A DNA stretch of 54,106 nucleotides, taken from IMG/VR virus record IMGVR_UViG_3300025727_000005; one strand, written 5' to 3'. Made by a program: the position numbers and the translations under genes. Position 1 is the stretch's first letter; each line of letters begins with the position of its first letter. This stretch comes from an uncultured virus (IMG/VR IMGVR_UViG_3300025727_000005) (taxonomy: Duplodnaviria > Heunggongvirae > Uroviricota > Caudoviricetes). Positions 9,246 to 18,289 of this stretch are shown in pieces. Under the pieces are notes generated by a model. It was not told the DNA's origin, made no database searches, and saw only the letters and a program-made list of their open reading frames with translations.

Positions 9246-10040
9246 ATGAATCTACTGATATTTTTAGGACTCTCTTTTCAGTGTATGTTGAACCATATGT
9301 CTTATGCGTCCTCTATCCACATAAGACCTGGATGGGATGTGGTTCAATCAAGACCAGCTTCAGAGAGGCAACTTAAGAGGTTTCTAAGAGAACTGACAAA
9401 GAACGAAGAAGAATATATTGACCCTCGCATCCTAGCCTTATCTTGGGTTGAGTCTCGTATACGACCAAGAGTACGAAGAGGAGATCGTGGTAAAGCCTGT
9501 GGGATGTTTCAAATCCATGCTCGCTACTCTTATCCCATGTTCAGAAGACGAAGGGGATTCAACGGTTGGGTCGAGGAAGAACAAAAAGAGGTGATTGGTA
9601 AGGAATGTCGCAAACTCGAATCTATAAGGTACTCTGTAAAGACCGTAGAGAAACTTTTAGGTATGATGGATAAGAGAGACTTACACCCTTGTCATCATAA
9701 CAGTGGCTTCTATGGTCGGTGTAATACATGGTATAAACAACGAGTAGATTACTGGACTGCGTACTTTAAATTCGCCAACTTTATATGCAATGAAAGGATA
9801 GTGAAGATTATGGCTATGATGAGAACAGGAAATCCCATACCCACAGCACCCGCTACAATGATACAAGGATACCTAGACGCTATGGGAGGTAAAGAACCCC
9901 ATAGCGAAGATACGACTTATAAGTCGGGGTATGATCTAGCCAAACTCGTACAAGAGGGGAAGGCTCAAGCACCCTCTTGGGCGACTGAAGACTCAAACAG
10001 CACCTCGACAACAAGCGAGGGAACTGAGCGTGAGGGATGA
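9246..10040 (+). CDS. SLT-like transglycosylase domain protein with N-terminal hydrophobic segment and extra C-terminal domain
   Basis: LSWVESRI, GKACGMFQI, HHNSG; AAGGA RBS. Confidence 0.6.
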   Translation: MNLLIFLGLSFQCMLNHMSYASSIHIRPGWDVVQSRPASERQLKRFLRELTKNEEEYIDPRILALSWVESRIRPRVRRGDRGKACGMFQIHARYSYPMFRRRRGFNGWVEEEQKEVIGKECRKLESIRYSVKTVEKLLGMMDKRDLHPCHHNSGFYGRCNTWYKQRVDYWTAYFKFANFICNERIVKIMAMMRTGNPIPTAPATMIQGYLDAMGGKEPHSEDTTYKSGYDLAKLVQEGKAQAPSWATEDSNSTSTTSEGTEREG

Positions 10041-10701
10041 TTGGATAAGGCAAGGATTAATAGGGACACACCCTATACACCTACCTTATCTAGTATCAAG
10101 AGGGGTGAATGAAAGTTGTCTAGTAGATTTCTACTCATGGCAACCCCACACCAATGTTCAATGTCCAAAGTTTAAAGCTAACTTTGGACATTCAGGTGAG
10201 CGTATTAAAGACTCACTCATAATCCCTATTACTTCCCCACGAGGGGAGATCTTAGGGATGGAAACACGCAGGATCAACGAGGACGGGTCTAAAAGAGTAC
10301 ATCAGTACCGAACCCTCAATGCTCAATGGAATCCTTATGCTTTAGGTGCAGAGGAAGGTTTTAAGGCATTGTGGGAACTAGGAGATTTATGGGTTGTTGA
10401 GGGGATCTTTGATAAGATCTCTCTCGATAAGGTCATACCTAGTTGTGATGCCTGTATCTCAACCTTGAGGGCTGGTATGGATGCTATCACAATGGACATG
10501 ATAGAGCGTTTCTACACACCTGCCTCAACCATATACATCTGTTATGATAATGATGAGACAGGTCAGAAGAAATCATATTGGCTTCAGCGTGAGATGAAGA
10601 AGCGAGGTATGAGGGCTGTTATCTGGAAGTATCGAGGGAAAGACCCTAACGATGTGTGGACACAAGGAGGAGATCAAGCTCTAAGGAGAATGTTCCTGTA
10701 A
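10030..10701 (+). CDS. DnaG-type primase catalytic (Toprim) domain lacking Zn-binding domain
   Basis: LIIPI..RGEILG..R, VVEGIFD, CYDNDETG, KDPND. Confidence 0.85.
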   Translation: MRDDWIRQGLIGTHPIHLPYLVSRGVNESCLVDFYSWQPHTNVQCPKFKANFGHSGERIKDSLIIPITSPRGEILGMETRRINEDGSKRVHQYRTLNAQWNPYALGAEEGFKALWELGDLWVVEGIFDKISLDKVIPSCDACISTLRAGMDAITMDMIERFYTPASTIYICYDNDETGQKKSYWLQREMKKRGMRAVIWKYRGKDPNDVWTQGGDQALRRMFL

Positions 10702-11975
10702 TCTTCTTCAATATCTCTTACTTCTAAATCCATGATTGCGTAAGAAAGCCCATCAACACCTCTCTTACTTTCATTTAGATTTATAGTAAAGTGTTTAGTT
10801 CCTGTTGTGATGTCCTCATCTTCTTCATTCTCAAAATATTCAATAACACATTGAATGTCCAAACGAAAATCTTCTTCATCGAAGAAAATCTTATCCCTTT
10901 CGAGATAATAATCGGAAAGCTCATATACCTCTCTACCTAGTTCAGTGCTTATCCACCTATCCACAACCTTAATCAAATGTTTTAATGCTTTCCCACTTCT
11001 ATCTATTAAGTTAAGATTAATCGCCTTACGAGCGTTACCGTAGGATTGTTTTTCGAGTCTTGCGATCCTCATCTCAAGAGGATTAATGATTTCTGATGCT
11101 GATCTTCGGTTAGAGGTACTTTTCAGATGTTTTACCACTTCTTTACGATCATGCTTTCCATCTACACTCCCTACTTCAACCCCGACAGGTTTTGCATCGG
11201 GAGAGCTAAAGTAAATGTAAGCCAAAAAGTGTTCATCAACCATACCCTTCTCTTCACAAAAGTCATCATAGCATATTTCTTTCTTTTGACCCTTATCAAT
11301 CAAAAGCTCATAAAGACCCTGCTCGGATTTGATTTGCACAGCTTTGAGAATCTTTGGTCTGCTTTTGAAACCTTTGATAAATTTGGCTCTTTCAGCGGCT
11401 TTAATGACTTCTGTCTCCGTTAAACCAAAAGAGTCTTTTACCCATCTTTGAGAGAAGAAGTCTTTAACATCTTTAAAGTTAAATGCTTGTTTTTCAAGTC
11501 TAGCGATACGACCCTGTTTACGAAGCCTATCTCGCTCTTGGTTGACCATTTTTTGATGCTCCTCTACTTCTTTACGAGCACTCTCTTGACCTACACGATA
11601 AATAACTTGATCAACGACTCGTTTAATGAAGTTTCTTTCGCTCATCTTTGAGTCATTTGCACCACTCAGTTCAAAGTCTACTTGTCTAAAGTCTCTGTTT
11701 CCACCTGTGATCTTGTACTCAGCAGTATCTTTCCCTTCTCTTTTTAGAGAGACTTGGTACACCTCACCTTCAAATTTGAACTTCCCTGATAACCGATTGT
11801 CCTTATCCATTTTCACATCAGAATTGACTGCTCTGTTGTCTTTTAGTCCTTTTAAAAACCACCCATGTACCGTATCTAGGGGGTTTTTTTCAAAAAGTCC
11901 AAAGATTGCTTGTTTTTCAAGACGAGCAATCCTCATCTGAAGGTTATTAATAATTTCACTGGCAGATCTTCTCAT
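10674..11975 (-). CDS. Leader-cassette polyprotein-like protein (three leader-delimited modules)
   Basis: N-terminal MRRSASEIINNLQMRIARLEKQA plus internal GRIARLEKQA and RRSASEIINPLEMRIARLEKQS; start moved to ATG 11975 behind GGAG. Confidence 0.85.
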   Translation of the reverse strand: MRRSASEIINNLQMRIARLEKQAIFGLFEKNPLDTVHGWFLKGLKDNRAVNSDVKMDKDNRLSGKFKFEGEVYQVSLKREGKDTAEYKITGGNRDFRQVDFELSGANDSKMSERNFIKRVVDQVIYRVGQESARKEVEEHQKMVNQERDRLRKQGRIARLEKQAFNFKDVKDFFSQRWVKDSFGLTETEVIKAAERAKFIKGFKSRPKILKAVQIKSEQGLYELLIDKGQKKEICYDDFCEEKGMVDEHFLAYIYFSSPDAKPVGVEVGSVDGKHDRKEVVKHLKSTSNRRSASEIINPLEMRIARLEKQSYGNARKAINLNLIDRSGKALKHLIKVVDRWISTELGREVYELSDYYLERDKIFFDEEDFRLDIQCVIEYFENEEDEDITTGTKHFTINLNESKRGVDGLSYAIMDLEVRDIEEDYRNILLRA

Positions 11976-12038
11976 AATGGTTCTCCATTTGATTAAGGTT
12001 AGACTGATCACTTATGAGAACCTATAAATAAACTATTA
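11907..12038 (-). repeat. Cassette head copy D
   Basis: Sense: TAATAGTTTATTTATAGGTTCTCATAAGTGATCAGTCTAACCTTAATCAAATGGAGAACCATT-ATGAGAAGATCTGCCAGTGAA... Confidence 0.9.
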
Positions 12039-12041
12039 AAG

Positions 12042-12374
12042 TCACCACCATGAGAGGTAAACGATCTCATACCCATCGTCTATTGCCTGTATAGCCGATT
12101 CTATGAACCTCCCTGTTTGAGTCTCCTCATATTTGCCACTCACTCCCCAAAAAGACCCTTTCGCTGTTTGTAAATTTTGATATTCATCTTTGAGTCTTAA
12201 CAAGTCATCTTTGTCTAGGGAAAGCTCAACGCAGTTGAAACTCTCAGCGTTACCTCCTTTGGCATAGTATAACTCAGACATCCAGCCTTCAAGGTTGGCG
12301 TGTTTACGCCACTGTATGATGTAGGTGTCTTCTTCGTCTTGTCGTCTTGTGAACGCATATTGATCTAATCCCAT
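12042..12374 (-). CDS. Conserved phage hypothetical protein (MGLDQY...WRKH family)
   Basis: MGLDQYAF, WRKHANLEGWM and terminal Y.SWW are typical of a widespread phage protein family; GAGGAG RBS. Confidence 0.75.
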   Translation of the reverse strand: MGLDQYAFTRRQDEEDTYIIQWRKHANLEGWMSELYYAKGGNAESFNCVELSLDKDDLLRLKDEYQNLQTAKGSFWGVSGKYEETQTGRFIESAIQAIDDGYEIVYLSWW

Positions 12375-12390
12375 TTATTGCTCCTCTGTG

Positions 12391-12663
12391 TTATGGTTCA
12401 TTTCTATCAAAGTATTTGGGTAAGTCTATGATCTCGATAACTAAGATACCCTCTTGATCCGTAGTTAAACCCAAGCGTTTTGAGGGGTCATAAGCCTCAA
12501 CCAAATGGTACTCTTTTTCAGGTCTGCTCATGTCGTAGTAAAGGCTTATTCCGTATCCGTCATAGGTCTTTGCTAGCCAGCTATAGTTGTGTTGACCATT
12601 GGGTTTTGGGTCTTTGCCTATCAGATAGCTGATAGTTTCGATCTCTCTCATGATGACCTCCAA
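12391..12663 (-). CDS. Hypothetical protein
   Basis: ORF track; co-oriented in a minus-strand run. Confidence 0.55.
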   Translation of the reverse strand: MEVIMREIETISYLIGKDPKPNGQHNYSWLAKTYDGYGISLYYDMSRPEKEYHLVEAYDPSKRLGLTTDQEGILVIEIIDLPKYFDRNEP

Positions 12664-12725
12664 GTTTTCACTAAGGCGACAATAATAGCCACCTCAATGA
12701 GTCCACAGATTAAAGCGTATGCCAT

Positions 12726-13088
12726 TTATTTGTCCTTTCGAGTCCAAGAGCCTGTCCAACTAGACTCTGTTGAGTTAAAGCCCCATTGGGGTGTTCCCAA
12801 AACAGGTGCAGGAGCTACGGTTTTACCGAGAGCTTTACGCTCCACCTCCCAAGACGATGCTCCTGTCTCATCACAGATGTACTTGAAGCTCACATAGCGA
12901 TGCTTTTGACCCTTCTTGATGTTGAACTTAGGGTGGTCTTTACGAGCGACCACCACTTTGTTAACAAAGGTGGCGTACCAATAACCATCCTCGTACTCGT
13001 ACCCACTACAAGTGAGATGACCACGATTCAAGCCGTCATAACCTTCTTCAGCCATGTAGTCGTTGTATCTGTCCATTGCTAAACTCAT
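12726..13088 (-). CDS. Hypothetical early-type protein
   Basis: Start moved to ATG 13088 behind AAGGAGAAC; class-E motif upstream. Confidence 0.75.
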   Translation of the reverse strand: MSLAMDRYNDYMAEEGYDGLNRGHLTCSGYEYEDGYWYATFVNKVVVARKDHPKFNIKKGQKHRYVSFKYICDETGASSWEVERKALGKTVAPAPVLGTPQWGFNSTESSWTGSWTRKDK

Positions 13089-13141
13089 GTTGTTCTCCTT
13101 AGTGGAGTCTTGGTTGATGAGGTTCATTCCTCATGTAGTCT

Positions 13142-13158
13142 TATAGATAAGGGGTTAC
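13142..13158 (-). promoter_or_regulatory. Class-E motif GTAACCCCTTATCTATA
   Basis: Identical to the copy at 25112-25128. Confidence 0.75.
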
Positions 13159-13169
13159 AGTTTCACCCC

Positions 13170-13730
13170 TTAGTCCTCATCTTCCTCCTCTCGCTCCTGC
13201 TCCTCACGATCAGCGGTACACCATTTACAAAGAGCTTCATCATGGTATTCGTACTCGCTGATCTCATTCCCACAGTCCTCACACTCGTACTCCTCTTCGG
13301 GATCAGTCTCGATCTCAAGAGCACCCTCTGAGGTGTAGAAGGTGAAAGTACCATCATAGTAGTCAGCTCTACTAACTTGATCTTTTGTCATGGACACTGC
13401 TTTGACCCCACTGTCTTTGAGTTTCTCTTGGACTACCTCGTCCTCGATAAGCTCGACAGGGATTGCCCCAATGAGTCCTGCGTCAACAGGATAAGAGCGT
13501 CCGTCAGACCCCACATAAAATCCATCGCCATGAGCTGTGGAATGCACAAAGATGGGATGACCCATGTAAGTGAGGTGTCCGTCAAAGTCCTCTTTGGACT
13601 CTGCCTTTTCAAGATCCTCGCAGAAGTTATTAACCCAAAGAGCATCGTTAGTCGCCCCTCCTGCCTCGATGGTGTGGAGGAAATAACAAGGATCTCCGAT
13701 AAAGTGTGTTGGTGTTGGTGTCGCAGTCAT
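13170..13730 (-). CDS. DUF4241-like protein with C-terminal CxxC...CxxC and acidic tail
   Basis: IGDPCY, STAHGDGFY, VDAGLIG motifs; start moved to ATG 13730 behind GGAGAA. Confidence 0.55.
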   Translation of the reverse strand: MTATPTPTHFIGDPCYFLHTIEAGGATNDALWVNNFCEDLEKAESKEDFDGHLTYMGHPIFVHSTAHGDGFYVGSDGRSYPVDAGLIGAIPVELIEDEVVQEKLKDSGVKAVSMTKDQVSRADYYDGTFTFYTSEGALEIETDPEEEYECEDCGNEISEYEYHDEALCKWCTADREEQEREEEDED

Positions 13731-13779
13731 TTTTATTCTCCGTTTGGGGGAGTGATGAGGTAGTGATTCTGCCTCCATA

Positions 13780-14013
13780 CTAGGCAATAGATAAGGGGTT
13801 ACAATCACACATTCGGGATTGGTTCTCCATATATAGACGAGCAGACTTAGAGATCTCAACGACATCAATCCTTGCTGTCTTTAAGTGGTTTGCTTGATCC
13901 ACCTTCTCGGCTTCGATTTCTGCCACGATGCGTAGCGAATATACCTTCTCTACCTTGCCTTTGTGCGTGTAGTAGAGTGGCTGTCCTGTAGCTTTATTCT
14001 GAACATAATACAT
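13780..14013 (-). CDS. Hypothetical protein (MYYVQNKATGQ...)
   Basis: ORF track; likely start ATG 14013. Confidence 0.55.
   Translation of the reverse strand: MYYVQNKATGQPLYYTHKGKVEKVYSLRIVAEIEAEKVDQANHLKTARIDVVEISKSARLYMENQSRMCDCNPLSIA
13786..13802 (-). promoter_or_regulatory. Class-E motif GTAACCCCTTATCTATT
   Basis: 56 nt upstream of ATG 13730. Confidence 0.75.
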
Positions 14014-14017
14014 AACT

Positions 14018-14034
14018 GTAACCCCTAACCTATA
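14018..14034 (+). promoter_or_regulatory. Degenerate class-E motif GTAACCCCTAACCTATA
   Basis: Two mismatches to consensus; upstream of 14141 gene whose UTR carries the CATCAACCAAGACTCC element. Confidence 0.5.
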
Positions 14035-14140
14035 AGAGATTGTGAGCGATCTCACTTGAAAGGATATTATACATGAAAATCTTAGAACAGAATAATATAA
14101 CTACACTATCCATCAACCAAGACTCCATGAAAGGGGTAGC

Positions 14141-15352
14141 ATGAATCAGAACACATTTGTTATAGGAGGTGAATCTAAGTTCGCCTCTAAGTTTGTTGAA
14201 CGCCTTAACAAACGCTTTGGTGATGAGTTGAAACTCATCATATCTAATCACAAGACATGGGATCAATCAGGAGATCGCAGAGAGGACATCCCCTCTGGCA
14301 CCGACTTGGTTCTTGTCCTCAAGTCCAACTGCAACCACTCTTTACGAAACTGGGCAAAACAAGAGACCCTAAAAGAGGACATCAAGTTCATCGAATGTTC
14401 ACACAAGACTGCCATAGCTGAGATGGACATAAGACACTGTTATCAACTACCCATGAATACAAACCTTGATACGACTCAAGAAGAACTTGATCTGTATGAG
14501 ACTTGGGGTAGTTTCTTGGGTGAGCGTATCTTTATCCTTCCCCTTCTCGGCATGGAAGACGAAGGAATCTTTAATGGAAGAGATGCTTATGAGCGTATGC
14601 CTTGGGTGAAGACAGGTAAGAAAAAGATGGTAGCCAAGTGGGATCGTCTTTGGGTGTCTTACTCGAAGGATAGCTCGGAGGGTCTTCGTGCGATTCTCAA
14701 TCGTGTTGCGAAAACTGAGGGTAGAAAAGCAACTCTTGAACCTCTCCATTTAATGAATAAGGGTAAGTCTCCTTACTTCAAACTCATTGAGATCTTTAAG
14801 TCCTTTAAAGATGGTAGCTTAGGTCGAGGTCAAGTAAATATGGTCGCTGATCAATGGGTTCGTGATGCGTATCTTGGCACAAACCTAAGAGACTTTCAAA
14901 GCAAGTCCAATCTCAAATATGCCTTAAACTTAATCTTTGGTGCAGGTCTTGATGGGTTATCGCCCGAAACCTTAGAGGTCGTAGAAGAACACTTCCCTAA
15001 GCGTGGTAGACCAAAGGCTAAGAAGAGTTTGAAGACATCCACTCCAGTGGTTGAAACTACAGAGCAGGATCAAAACGAGACTCTAACCCCTATCCTTACT
15101 CAAGAGGATTGGGATGACTATGTGGCACAAAACCCAATCATCGAAGAGGAGATTGAGCAACCTGTTGAACAACCTGTATCGGTAGACTCTCATGTACTTC
15201 TTGGTACTCTTAAACTCACACCTAACGATAATGTGATCTGTATTGGTGAGGTACATCTTGAGGGGGATGTTCACATTTATGGTGACATCTCTCTTGAAGT
15301 TGATCGCATTGAAAATAACACCCTATATGGTGTTAAAATCAAGAAAGGCTAA
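14141..15352 (+). CDS. Protein with N-terminal DUF2325-like domain; C-terminal beta domain shared with next gene
   Basis: FVIGG...IPSGTDLVLVLKSNCNHSL...AK pattern. Confidence 0.6.
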   Translation: MNQNTFVIGGESKFASKFVERLNKRFGDELKLIISNHKTWDQSGDRREDIPSGTDLVLVLKSNCNHSLRNWAKQETLKEDIKFIECSHKTAIAEMDIRHCYQLPMNTNLDTTQEELDLYETWGSFLGERIFILPLLGMEDEGIFNGRDAYERMPWVKTGKKKMVAKWDRLWVSYSKDSSEGLRAILNRVAKTEGRKATLEPLHLMNKGKSPYFKLIEIFKSFKDGSLGRGQVNMVADQWVRDAYLGTNLRDFQSKSNLKYALNLIFGAGLDGLSPETLEVVEEHFPKRGRPKAKKSLKTSTPVVETTEQDQNETLTPILTQEDWDDYVAQNPIIEEEIEQPVEQPVSVDSHVLLGTLKLTPNDNVICIGEVHLEGDVHIYGDISLEVDRIENNTLYGVKIKKG

Positions 15353-15356
15353 ATGA

Positions 15357-15941
15357 ATGAAATTGTCGTCAATGGCGAAACTAATTTTACTGGACCCCAT
15401 GAAGTTCCTTGATCTCGATCATGGACAAAAGAACCCAGTAGATGCAAAGCACATTTGGACTGTTAAACACGAACAGGACAGTGCTGTCAGCGAAGGACTC
15501 TTTGTTGACGCACTAAAGTCTATCCGTAAGTTTGCTTCACAAAGGGGAGGCAAAGGTGAAGAAAAAGCCCTTATCCATAGATCCATTATCGAATACTCTG
15601 ACCTTGTGTGGTCTAGGTTCGGTTCAGTTAATCAACTGAACTATCACCTCAAGGGTCTTTACGGTTGTGAACTGCCGAAAGTGTTTAGAGACCATATGCG
15701 ACATCTTTTCTCAAATGCTCCTCAAGACACCATCGAAGAAGACCCGATTGAGGAGGTCTTAGAAGATCAGCCAAACATCTCACAAATCAGCCTTTGTGGT
15801 GTGAGTTTCAATCTCACCACAGGGTCTAGTCTCATCATCGGTGAACTGGCTACGAAGTCGCTCAATTTGAAAGGGATGAGGTCGATTAATATCGACAAGG
15901 TGTCTGAGGGTCGTTTGTTTGGGGTTAGCCTTAAAGCCTAA
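15357..15941 (+). CDS. Hypothetical protein, partial paralog of 14141..15352
   Basis: C-termini align: IGEV..EVDRIENNTLYGVKIK vs IGEL..NIDKVSEGRLFGVSLK, each after an acidic PIEE linker. Confidence 0.7.
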   Translation: MKLSSMAKLILLDPMKFLDLDHGQKNPVDAKHIWTVKHEQDSAVSEGLFVDALKSIRKFASQRGGKGEEKALIHRSIIEYSDLVWSRFGSVNQLNYHLKGLYGCELPKVFRDHMRHLFSNAPQDTIEEDPIEEVLEDQPNISQISLCGVSFNLTTGSSLIIGELATKSLNLKGMRSINIDKVSEGRLFGVSLKA

Positions 15942-16022
15942 GACTATCTTATGTGTCTCGGTTTCGTATACAGAGTAGTCGGGGTCTACCTCTTTAATAG
16001 CAAAAACCTGTCGAGTGGACGC

Positions 16023-16478
16023 TTAGTATTCCTTACCTTTGGGTTCTTTTGTGATGTCTCTACGCCTATCTTTTAAACCCGCTTCACTAGCTTGAAGAAC
16101 TAAGAATTTTTGAATGTCTCTCTTAGGGATATTTTTGTCTACACCAGTAGCTGTGACAACCGCAAACAGATCTGCCATCGAATTTTTATGCTCTCCTTGC
16201 TGATACAAATTCATTGCCACTGATACTTTAATTTTATCACCATTATGTTCAATAATGGCTGTGTTCTTTGAACCCATGCCTAGCCTTTTTTGTATTTCTG
16301 CGTACCCTATCCCATACATAGGGTTACCATGAAACCAAAGTGATGCGGTATCAAACTTGGGCCTCTTTTTTTGTTCTCTTTCAGGTTCTTTAAATAAGTC
16401 CAAGATAGCACCTAAAAAACCTTCTTTTTGCATATATCTGTACGCAACTCTACTAGCCATCTTATTACGAGTTCTCAT
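16023..16478 (-). CDS. Type-2 leader protein (KMASRVAYRYMQKEG-FLGAILDLF)
   Basis: RVAxRY leader; class-L box upstream; AAGGA RBS. Confidence 0.75.
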   Translation of the reverse strand: MRTRNKMASRVAYRYMQKEGFLGAILDLFKEPEREQKKRPKFDTASLWFHGNPMYGIGYAEIQKRLGMGSKNTAIIEHNGDKIKVSVAMNLYQQGEHKNSMADLFAVVTATGVDKNIPKRDIQKFLVLQASEAGLKDRRRDITKEPKGKEY

Positions 16479-16517
16479 GGTTTATTTCCTTTGTCTGAGA
16501 GTCTCTATATGACTGCC

Positions 16518-16533
16518 TATAAAAGAACTATTA
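16518..16533 (-). promoter_or_regulatory. Class-L box variant TAATAGTTCTTTTATA
   Basis: Two mismatches to consensus; 40 nt upstream of ATG 16478. Confidence 0.6.
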
Positions 16534-16536
16534 CAC

Positions 16537-17088
16537 TTAGTCCCAATCCTCCCAATCATCCTCTTCTTCCAAAGAAGGGTAAGACTCATTGTCCTTAATA
16601 TCGTTCTCTACCTCAGTAACACCTTTAAAGGCACTCGAACCCCAAATACAACCACTACCTACATCCCAAGGGTAGTACCAATGGACTCTCAGTCTCTCAC
16701 TCGATTGAAAGGGGCAGATTTCTATACCATCATAATCTTTTGAGACAGCAACCCAATCTATCGCATCTTCCCCACCTATTTCTATGCCATACTTCCCTGT
16801 AAACATCCATAATTCTTGTTTTATTCGTATTACACACATACGATTAAGATTTACTTCAAGTAAATATTTATGTTGGTATCCCGAAGCCCAACTAGGGTTC
16901 CGACTTTGCACCCACTCTTTCCAATCCTTATCGCAAGCATACCAAAGACCCTTTGGTTTTTGGAGGGCACTTATAGTCTTGTCCTGTCGAACATTCCGAA
17001 ATGACCCCATTGGTCTTGGAGAATACACCATACGATCATAGCTTTTCGCTTGAATGTGTAGAGTTGCGATTTTTCTGATTACATCCAT
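16537..17088 (-). CDS. Putative ADP-ribosyltransferase-fold protein with type-2-like leader (IRKIATLHIQA)
   Basis: KPKGLWY...YLLEV...IDW..V..YDGIEI...WDVGSGCIW pattern, reminiscent of ART-fold viral proteins; class-L-like TTGTAGTTCCTTTATC at 17122-17137. Confidence 0.4.
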   Translation of the reverse strand: MDVIRKIATLHIQAKSYDRMVYSPRPMGSFRNVRQDKTISALQKPKGLWYACDKDWKEWVQSRNPSWASGYQHKYLLEVNLNRMCVIRIKQELWMFTGKYGIEIGGEDAIDWVAVSKDYDGIEICPFQSSERLRVHWYYPWDVGSGCIWGSSAFKGVTEVENDIKDNESYPSLEEEDDWEDWD

Positions 17089-17139
17089 GATACTCTCCTA
17101 TATAATATATGTAAGAGATTAGATAAAGGAACTACAAAT

Positions 17140-17484
17140 ATGAGTGAATGGGTCGTATATGTCATCCAGAGTCAGCAGATCAGACGCTCTGCTAAGACAG
17201 GTAAAGAACTACCTGGTTTCTTCTATGTAGGTTGCACCACAGATGTTAACCGTAGGCTGAGACAGCATCAGGGTTTCATCAAAGGAGGCGGGAAATACAC
17301 TGCAAAGCACCGACCTTGGAAGCTCATGTGTACTTATGGCACATACGCTAATAGATCAGAAGCCATGAAAGCTGAGATGGCTCTAAAGAAAAAGCGTGGT
17401 AAGGCTAGGCTCTATTGGACAGAGCAAGAGTCTAAATGGTGTCGAGGTCGTAAAGAAATAGGACTTAAAAACGACTGTATTTAG
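17140..17484 (+). CDS. GIY-YIG endonuclease, SLX1-like
   Basis: VYVIQS...FYVGCTTDVNRRLRQH.G..GG..YT...RPW...EAMKAE. Confidence 0.9.
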   Translation: MSEWVVYVIQSQQIRRSAKTGKELPGFFYVGCTTDVNRRLRQHQGFIKGGGKYTAKHRPWKLMCTYGTYANRSEAMKAEMALKKKRGKARLYWTEQESKWCRGRKEIGLKNDCI

Positions 17485-17803
17485 CTATGTCTGAATCCAT
17501 CTGTTCATTCATCATCCCATGAGGCGGGTTTCCAATATCTAAAGCGTCACCCGTAGATGTTGTCATAAGAATATGATGATACTTTGAGTAGTTTATTTCT
17601 ACACCATTAGAAAGAGAGATAGAAACCATCTCTCGACCTGTAGGGTCCTTCCCTCTTTGCACATCAACAACATTTCTGTTTGATAGTTTTTGCTCGGCAA
17701 GATCGTGAACATAACGCAGATCTACGGCCTCACTAGCAAACCTTTCAAGTTTCGCAATCCTAGTCTCAAGGTTTCTAAGGATTTCTGATGCAGATCTTCT
17801 CAT
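17465..17803 (-). CDS. Leader-cassette protein (MRRSASEILRNLETRIAKLERFA...)
   Basis: Leader plus ~90-aa unique cargo. Confidence 0.85.
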   Translation of the reverse strand: MRRSASEILRNLETRIAKLERFASEAVDLRYVHDLAEQKLSNRNVVDVQRGKDPTGREMVSISLSNGVEINYSKYHHILMTTSTGDALDIGNPPHGMMNEQMDSDIAKYSRF

Positions 17804-17867
17804 AAGGGTTTCTCCATTTGATTAAGGTTAAGATGATCACTTAAGAGAACCTATAAATAAACTATTA
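17735..17867 (-). repeat. Cassette head copy E
   Basis: Sense: TAATAGTTTATTTATAGGTTCTCTTAAGTGATCATCTTAACCTTAATCAAATGGAGAAACCCTT-ATGAGAAGATCTGCATCAGAA... Confidence 0.9.
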
Positions 17868-17899
17868 AAGTTATGGTGTCGAGGTAGAGAACCTAGATT

Positions 17900-18289
17900 T
17901 TAGAGCCTGCGAAGAACCCTCTTAGACTCCTTGAGGAAGTCTGCCTTAACAGAGTCAGAGTCTGGTCCAACCTCGACACGACCAATGGTCAGTCTACCCT
18001 GGTTTCCTTCAGACACATCAACTAAAATGAGATATCCATTCTTCAAGTCTTCTTCATACACGACATTAACATGATTCATATAGCCATTTGTCCACCTTAA
18101 CGCTCCTGTAGGCGAAGACTCAAGAGTATAACCTAACAATTTAGTTCCCGCTAACCTTCTCACAGATTGCATGGGGGACGAGGCGAGGCTGTGTCGGATG
18201 CGATAGAGGGGATCAGGTGTAGATTGTCTTTCAAGACGAGCGACCCTAGTCTCAAGGTTACGGATGATTTCTGATGCTGATCTTCTCAT
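17900..18289 (-). CDS. Leader-cassette protein (MRRSASEIIRNLETRVARLERQS...)
   Basis: Start moved to ATG 18289 behind GGAG; unique cargo. Confidence 0.85.
   Translation of the reverse strand: MRRSASEIIRNLETRVARLERQSTPDPLYRIRHSLASSPMQSVRRLAGTKLLGYTLESSPTGALRWTNGYMNHVNVVYEEDLKNGYLILVDVSEGNQGRLTIGRVEVGPDSDSVKADFLKESKRVLRRL

Noticed and set aside
11976..12011. N-terminal extensions MISLTLIKWRTI / MISLTLTKWRTP in the ORF track (also 18290-18325)
   Set aside because: They translate the conserved UTR; the frame is not kept in copies C and E, and the GGAG RBS sits just before the MRRS ATG.
12023..12038. TATAAATA as a T4 gp55-type late promoter
   Set aside because: TATAAATA lies on the strand opposite the downstream gene in each copy; the sense strand reads TATTTATA.
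17140..17484. GIY-YIG gene as a homing endonuclease mobilising the neighbouring cassettes
   Set aside because: Compact SLX1-like catalytic domain with no DNA-binding extension; adjacent to only two of the cassettes.
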